From contig CAVQFQ010000017.1 in assembly GCA_963711835.1 (NCBI GenBank), positions 672,001 to 736,000 on the forward strand: a DNA stretch of 64,000 nt. The letters run 5' to 3'. Made by a program: the position numbers and the translations under genes. This document shows positions 57,955 to 64,000 of the stretch, in pieces (the stretch's first letter is position 1; the number at the start of each line of letters is the position of its first letter). The notes under the pieces are model-generated. The model was given only the letters and a program-made list of their open reading frames with translations, did no database searches and was not told the DNA's origin. This stretch comes from an uncultured delta proteobacterium. Its GTDB lineage: Bacteria; Desulfobacterota; RBG-13-43-22.

Positions 57955-59922
57955 ATGAGGTACGCAGAGACTGGGTTTAATTTAGAAATTGATCTTACCC
58001 GAGGAAACATTGAGAGGGTAGAAACCGACCCAAGAGACACCGAACTTTATCTGGGGGGCCTGGGTACTAACGCCAAGATATTATGGGATAGGGTTCCCCC
58101 TGAAACTGAACCCTTTTCTCCTGATAATCTACTAATATTCGCCACTGGTCTTTTAGTTGGCACACCGGCTATCGGCTGTAATCGTACCATTGTTACCACC
58201 TATTCTCCTCAGACTTTGTTAATGGCCTATTCAATGATGGGGGGATTTTGGGCACCAGAATTGAAGTATGCCGGTTATGACAAAGTGATCTTTCGCGGCA
58301 AGTCCCCCAATCTGGTTTATTTGTGGATAAACAATGACAAAGTAGAAATACGTGATGCCTCTCATTTGCAGGGTAAAGGCGCAGGTGAAACTGCAGAACT
58401 TATTCGACAGGAGTTGAAGGAGCCGAACGCCCAGGTGGCCGCTATCGGCCTGGCCGGTGAAAACAGGGTCTATATGGCTAGCATCGAACAGGGCAGGTCC
58501 AGTGCCAGCCGACTAGGAATAGGCGCCGTTATGGGAGACAAAGGGATAAAGGCGATAGCTGTTCGTGGAACAAAGGACGTCAATATTGCCCGACCGGCTG
58601 AATTCATGGAGCTTTGCAACGATGTGCTGAAATATATACAGGTCCGAGAAAAAAAGCCCGTTCCGGGGGTCATGCCCATTTTAGCCGGGCTTGGGTCACC
58701 GGCCGAGATGAAACTCGTTGATGAGGAATGGCACACCCAGAATTTCATGTGGGGGAATGCCCGCGAACGGAAAAGAGATTATTGGAACAAGGAAGTCGAA
58801 GAGAAGTGGAGGGAGACTCAAGAAAATGTGCGGACGCGGTTAATCAGTTGCTATAACTGTCCGATGAAATGCGGAGCATTAATTTCCGTCCCAGGAATTT
58901 CGACCTACATGATGAAATGCTTCTCGAAACTTACTTATACCATGGCGGCCTTTTCAGACCTGGATTTTGGTTTTAGAATCGCTCAGCGTGCTACGGAGTA
59001 TGGAGTGGACGCATTCTCAACCCCGCAAGTTATGGCCTTCGGCCTTGAGCTTTACGAAGCCGGCATTTTGACTGACCAGGACATGGCAGGAATGCCGTCC
59101 GATAACGAGGGGAGATTTTACTGGTTACTGGACCGAATTGTTCGGCGAGAAGGGATAGGAGATATTTTGGCCAATGGCACGTATTGGGCGGCCCAACAGA
59201 TCGGTAAGGGCGCAGAAGCCTATGCTCATAATAACATTAAGAAACACGAGCAACTGCCTCTCAAGCTGGGAATGCTGAATCCCGTTTATTTCCTTATGTA
59301 TTCTACCGGCGAGAAGATAAACATTACCCAAATTGAAGGGCAGTTCCCCCAGGCGCCTTTTCCTACGATGGAGGAGAGAGAAGATTTTGTAAAGGATTGG
59401 ATCCAGGTTCCTGATGAAAAGTTTAAGAAATATCTTCTGGACTGGGAACTACGCGGAGAACGCTCAAATCCATATTATCCAACTGTTGAGATGTCCTGTG
59501 AAATTGTTGACTGGATGGAGAGGATGCACTACATTGATGACGCCCTCGGCATGTGCGCCGGTTTGTCATCATTTCCCCTGAAGCCTCCCTATCATATACA
59601 CAATTACCCGGATTTAATCTCATCAGCGACCGGGATCGATATCGATGAAGCTAAACTATGGGAAATAACCACGAGGAACCGAACGTTAGTTAGGGCCGTT
59701 AATGTAAGAAGAGGCTTAAGAAGAATTGATGAGAAGCCACCCGAGGACCATTGGAAGAAAAGATTTCCCGAGCTTGAAGCGCAGCTCTTAGATGAGTATT
59801 ACAAATTTAAGGGCTGGGATAATCAGGGTATTCCTACTAAAGAGTCTTTACAGGAATTGGATTTGGCTTACGTTGCCGAAGACTTTGAAAAGAGAGGGAT
59901 TATAAAAAATGAGCAAAATTAA
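57955..59922 (+). CDS. bamB: Class II benzoyl-CoA reductase tungstopterin catalytic subunit (AOR family)
   Basis: MRYAETG..LEIDLTRGNIERV, EEWHTQNFMWGNAR, SCYNCPMKC, MMKCFSKLTY, KPPYHIHN, PPEDHWKKR; followed by bamC/D/E-like genes. Confidence 0.9.
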   Translation: MRYAETGFNLEIDLTRGNIERVETDPRDTELYLGGLGTNAKILWDRVPPETEPFSPDNLLIFATGLLVGTPAIGCNRTIVTTYSPQTLLMAYSMMGGFWAPELKYAGYDKVIFRGKSPNLVYLWINNDKVEIRDASHLQGKGAGETAELIRQELKEPNAQVAAIGLAGENRVYMASIEQGRSSASRLGIGAVMGDKGIKAIAVRGTKDVNIARPAEFMELCNDVLKYIQVREKKPVPGVMPILAGLGSPAEMKLVDEEWHTQNFMWGNARERKRDYWNKEVEEKWRETQENVRTRLISCYNCPMKCGALISVPGISTYMMKCFSKLTYTMAAFSDLDFGFRIAQRATEYGVDAFSTPQVMAFGLELYEAGILTDQDMAGMPSDNEGRFYWLLDRIVRREGIGDILANGTYWAAQQIGKGAEAYAHNNIKKHEQLPLKLGMLNPVYFLMYSTGEKINITQIEGQFPQAPFPTMEEREDFVKDWIQVPDEKFKKYLLDWELRGERSNPYYPTVEMSCEIVDWMERMHYIDDALGMCAGLSSFPLKPPYHIHNYPDLISSATGIDIDEAKLWEITTRNRTLVRAVNVRRGLRRIDEKPPEDHWKKRFPELEAQLLDEYYKFKGWDNQGIPTKESLQELDLAYVAEDFEKRGIIKNEQN

Positions 59923-60448
59923 GAAGAAAGTCAAGGCAATCAAGATCGATCTTGATAAATGCAATGGTTGCCGGGCCTGTGAGGTAGCCTGCTCCGCCTT
60001 TCACGCTACGCCAAAATATAGCAGCAATAATCCGGCCAGGTCTCGTATTCGGCTGATTCGTGAACCAATAAAAGACGTATATCTTCCTGTATACGCGGGT
60101 GAGTATACTGCAGCCGAATGTATGGGCAGAGACAAATATGTGATTGACGGAAAGGAATACGACGAGTGTGGCTTTTGCAGGGCTTCCTGCCCATCCAGGG
60201 ACGTTTTCAAAGAACCCGATTCCGGTCTCCCTCTAAAATGCGATATGTGTGAAGACGATCCCCCACAAAAAGAGCCCTTGTGTGTTCAGTGGTGCATTAA
60301 TGATGCCCTAACTTACGAAGAAAGGGAAGAAGAAGTAGAAGAAGAAGAGAAGTTGGGGGACGTGGAGATAGGATTGGAATCATTGGTAGACAAATATGGA
60401 ATGCAGAAGATAATGGATACCGTTGCCCGGATGTCCAAGAAGGGCTAA
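59909..60448 (+). CDS. bamC: Benzoyl-CoA reductase Fe-S subunit
   Basis: CNGCRACEVAC, CGFCRASCPSR, CDMC...CVQWC. Confidence 0.88.
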   Translation: MSKIKKKVKAIKIDLDKCNGCRACEVACSAFHATPKYSSNNPARSRIRLIREPIKDVYLPVYAGEYTAAECMGRDKYVIDGKEYDECGFCRASCPSRDVFKEPDSGLPLKCDMCEDDPPQKEPLCVQWCINDALTYEEREEEVEEEEKLGDVEIGLESLVDKYGMQKIMDTVARMSKKG

Positions 60449-60517
60449 AACATTAACAGGATAGATGGGCCTTTTTCAGCAACCGGTTAAGGCGAAAGAA
60501 GAGGATTAAGAAAGACA

Positions 60518-61669
60518 GTGGAGACTGTAGCGCCCTACAAAGAAATCATAGAAGTCATAAAAGCGAACGGCGGAGACGCCTTCAAACGATGCTATCAATG
60601 CGGATTATGCGATACGGTTTGTCCCTGGAACCGGGTCCGGACCTTCAGTATTCGCAAGATCGTCCGCGAGGCTACGTTCGGTTTGACGGAGATAGAAAGT
60701 GAAGACATCTGGCGTTGCACGACCTGCGGCCGATGTCCGCAACGGTGCCCGAGGGACGTTAAACAGATAGAATCCGGGGTAGCCTTACGCCGGATTGCCA
60801 CGGAATATGGCGTCTTTCCGACCTCGGTCAAGCCTGTCCGCACCGTAAGCGCCAGCCTCATTGGCGAAGGGAACCCCTTGAATGAAGAGCGAAAAAATAG
60901 GGCCAATTGGGCGGAAGGTCTTTCGGTAAAACCGTTCACCGAGGGGATGGAAATTTTATATTTCCCCGGCTGCTACCTCAGCTATGACCCCCGGTTAAAA
61001 AAGGTTGCCAGAGCCACAGCCGATATCCTCAATCGGGCCGGGGTGGATTTCGGGATACTGGGCCCCAAAGAGAATTGCTGCGGAGAAAGCATCCGCAAGA
61101 CAGGCGATGAGGAATTATTCAAACGCCTGGCCCGGGAAAACATCAAGACGTTTATCGATCACGGGGTGAAGAAGATCCTGGTTTCTTCCCCGCACTGCTA
61201 CCATACCTTCAAAAACGAGTATCCCGAATTCAAGGTGAACTTTGAGGTGGTTCATATCTCCCAATACTTATTCGGTCTCATTGATGAGGGTAGGATTGAA
61301 CTCACCAGGGAGTATGGAAAGAAAGTTGTCTATCATGATCCCTGTTACCTGGGCCGGCATAACGGCCTCTATGACGAACCCCGGGAGGTCTTAAAGAAGG
61401 TCCCAGGTTTGGAACTGACGGAGATGCCGGATTCACGCAGAGACAGCCTCTGTTGTGGAGGGGGAGGAGGCCGAATTTGGATGGAAACGCCAAAGGGTGA
61501 ACGATTCTCCGACCTCCGATTGGAACAAGCGATGGGGGTGGGCGCTGAGGTGCTGGTTACTTCCTGCCCCTATTGCATCGCCAATTTTGAGGACAGCCGG
61601 TTAACCCTGGACGTTACCGAACGCCTCGAGGTTAAGGACATCACGGAAATTATCCAGGAAGTGATTTAG
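60518..61669 (+). CDS. bamD: HdrC/HdrB-like (CCG-domain) Fe-S subunit
   Basis: CYQCGLCDTVCP, CTTCGRCPQRCP, ENCCG, YHDPCYLGR, CCGGGGG. Confidence 0.82.
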   Translation: METVAPYKEIIEVIKANGGDAFKRCYQCGLCDTVCPWNRVRTFSIRKIVREATFGLTEIESEDIWRCTTCGRCPQRCPRDVKQIESGVALRRIATEYGVFPTSVKPVRTVSASLIGEGNPLNEERKNRANWAEGLSVKPFTEGMEILYFPGCYLSYDPRLKKVARATADILNRAGVDFGILGPKENCCGESIRKTGDEELFKRLARENIKTFIDHGVKKILVSSPHCYHTFKNEYPEFKVNFEVVHISQYLFGLIDEGRIELTREYGKKVVYHDPCYLGRHNGLYDEPREVLKKVPGLELTEMPDSRRDSLCCGGGGGRIWMETPKGERFSDLRLEQAMGVGAEVLVTSCPYCIANFEDSRLTLDVTERLEVKDITEIIQEVI

Positions 61670-61701
61670 GGAACCGAAGAAACCTGATGAGGTGATAGAA
61701 G

Positions 61702-64000
61702 GTGGAAAACGAACTAATGGAAAAAGAACAAATTGAACAGCTCTGCAAAAGTCTCGCGGACAGCAATTTTGGTGATGTTATGGTTGTCGGTGGAGGGATC
61801 AGCGGTATTCAAGCCGCACTTGATCTTGGCACTGCGGGTTTTAAGGTTTACCTGGTTGACAAAGCACCGTCCATTGGCGGCCACATGGCCCAGCTTGACA
61901 AGACCTTTCCCACCAATGACTGCTCCATGTGAATACTGGCACCCAAACTGGTCGAGGTCGGCCGGCATCCCAACATAGAAGTTTTGACCTATACTGAAGT
62001 TGACCGTGTAGCCGGGGAACAAGGAGACTTCAAGGTAACCCTGATTAGAAAGCCCAGATATATCCTGGAGGACAAATGCACCGGTTGTACCACCTGCATG
62101 GAATACTGCCCGGTATTATACCCCGATCCCTTTAATCAGGAAATATCGAAGAATAAAGCCGTTCATATTTACTTCTCCCAGGCCATTCCCCTGATCTCCT
62201 ATATCGACGAAAGCTGTCTTTACCTGAAAGAGAAGAAATGCCGGATCTGCGAAGGCGTATGCGAGAATAAGGCCATAGATTTCCATCAAGTGCCGGAGAA
62301 AATGGAGGTAAAGGTAGGGGCGATCATACTGTCTTCCGGCCTGGAGCCCTTTGATCCCAGAGTAAGGGAGGAATATCGCTACGGAGAGTTTCAGAACGTG
62401 GTAACCAGTATGGACTTTGAACGGCTGTTGTCCTCCACCGGGGCCTACGCTGGTGAGATACTGCGGGTTTCCGACCTGAAGCATCCCCATAAAATTGCCT
62501 GGATCCAATGCGTCGGTTCCAGACAAATTAACCCTCCAGGCGGCAACAGCTATTGTTCTGCCGTCTGCTGCACCTATACCCAGAAACAGGTGATTTTAAC
62601 CAAAGATCATTACCCGGAGGCCGAGTGTACCATATTCCATAACGATATTCGTTCCTTCGGCAAGGATTTCGAACGATACTACCAGAGGGCCGAGAACCTT
62701 CCCGGGGTTCGATTTATAAGAAGCTACGTATCTATAGGAAAAGAGATCCCGGAAACCAGGAATGTCACCATACGGTATGCTACCCCCGACGAGGGCGTAA
62801 AAGAGGAAGAATTCGATATGGTGGTATTATCCGTTGGATTGAATCCTCCCGTGGATGTTTTGGATCTGGCCAAGAAATTCGGTATTGAACTCAATCACCA
62901 CAATTTTTGCAAGCTCAATCCGGTCAATCCGATGGTGACCAACCGGCCAGGGATCTTTGTCAGCGGCGCCTTCCAGGGGCCGGTAGATATCCCGGAGTCG
63001 GTCTTCAGCGCCAGCGGGGCCGGCTCCCAATGCGGTCAACTCCTGGACTACCGGCGAGGGAAGCTGACCAGGGAGAGAATCTATCCACCGGAAAGGGACG
63101 TCTCCCATGAGGAGCCAAGGATCGGGGTCTTTGTCTGTCATTGTGGGGCGAATATCTCCGCCGTAGTGAATGTTCCCGATACGGTTGAGTATTGCAAAAC
63201 CTTACCCAATGTAGTTCACGCGCAGAACCAGGTATTTTCCTGTGCAACGAATTCGGCCAAAGAAATAACCGACCTGACCAGGGAAAAAGGGCTCAATCGC
63301 GTGATTGTGGCCGCCTGCAGCCCCCGGACCCTGGAGCCGTTATTCCGGGACACCCTCCGGGAGGCGGGCATCAATCAATATTATTACGAAATGGCGAATA
63401 TCCGGGAGCACAACTCCTGGGTCCACTCGAAAGAAAAGGAAGAAGCCACCCAGAAGGCCAAGGACATCATCCGCATGTCGGTAGCCCGCGCCTGCCACCT
63501 GGAGCCGTTGCAGGAATTTGATTTGCCGGTCAACAAGGCGGCCCTGGTGGTTGGCGGAGGGTTGGCCGGCCTGACGTGTGCGCTCTCCATAGCCGACCAG
63601 GGCCATGAGGTTCACCTGGTGGAAAAGGAATCGGACTTAGGGGGGATAGCCCGAAAAATTCATTATACCCTGGAGGGGTTTGACGTCCAGGCCTATTTGC
63701 GTGACCTGGTGCATCGGGTGTATCAACACCCCTTAATCCATGTCTATGGCCCGGCGACCATCACCGAGGCGAGCGGGTATATCGGGAGTTTCGTCACCCG
63801 GGTGAAGTCCGACCGAGGGGTCACCGAGATAAAACATGGCGCCGCCGTCATTGCCATAGGTGCCGATGTCTATAAACCCACCGAATACCTGTATGGAGAA
63901 GATGACCGGGTCATGACCCACCTGGAGCTGGAGGATCAGATCGCCCAGGGAGACAAACGGGTGATTGACTCCCAGAGTCTGGTGATGATCCAATGCGTAG
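61702..64000 (+). CDS. bamE: HdrA-like flavin-bifurcating subunit, selenoprotein (in-frame UGA 61930-61932); 3' end outside window
   Basis: [36 protein letters not shown], then [32 protein letters not shown], second VVGGGLAG. Confidence 0.9.
61948..61965 (+). promoter_or_regulatory. Candidate bacterial SECIS hairpin
   Basis: CTGGTCG-AGGT-CGGCCGG stem-loop with G-containing loop, 15 nt after the UGA. Confidence 0.5.

Noticed and set aside
1-64000. tRNA, rRNA, CRISPR array, integrase, transposase or prophage genes
   Set aside because: None recognised by eye; a tRNAscan/Infernal run would be needed to exclude small RNAs formally

Overview
Chromosomal window from an anaerobic Desulfobacterota (deltaproteobacterial)-type genome. 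The housekeeping backbone comprises ileS-lspA-lgt, gcvH-like + sirtuin, tolQRAB-pal-cpoB, rpmH-rnpA-yidD-yidC-jag-mnmE-rsmG (no dnaA or mnmG beside it), hppA, sucCD, queH, dapA, ilvE and NrdR-controlled nrdD-redoxin-nrdG. Accessory content includes an ECF sigma/anti-sigma module, a restriction-modification locus whose nuclease is truncated next to a vapBC module, and a c-di-GMP-I riboswitch ahead of a large repetitive surface glycoside-hydrolase-like protein. It also carries many CoA-thioester genes, ending in a class II (tungsten) benzoyl-CoA reductase cluster bamBCDE with a selenocysteine UGA in bamE, cut by the window end. The best candidate for an undescribed system is a small DUF2080/AbrB-like protein + GNAT pair heading the bam cluster. 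Its promoter carries TTATAGTTA repeats at 11-bp period, and related repeats overlap the promoters of the paaK-like ligase and the thiolase/acyl-CoA dehydrogenase genes, suggesting an aryl-CoA regulon. Several single-base insertions look like sequencing errors rather than true pseudogenes. All calls come from motif recognition only; no searches were run.
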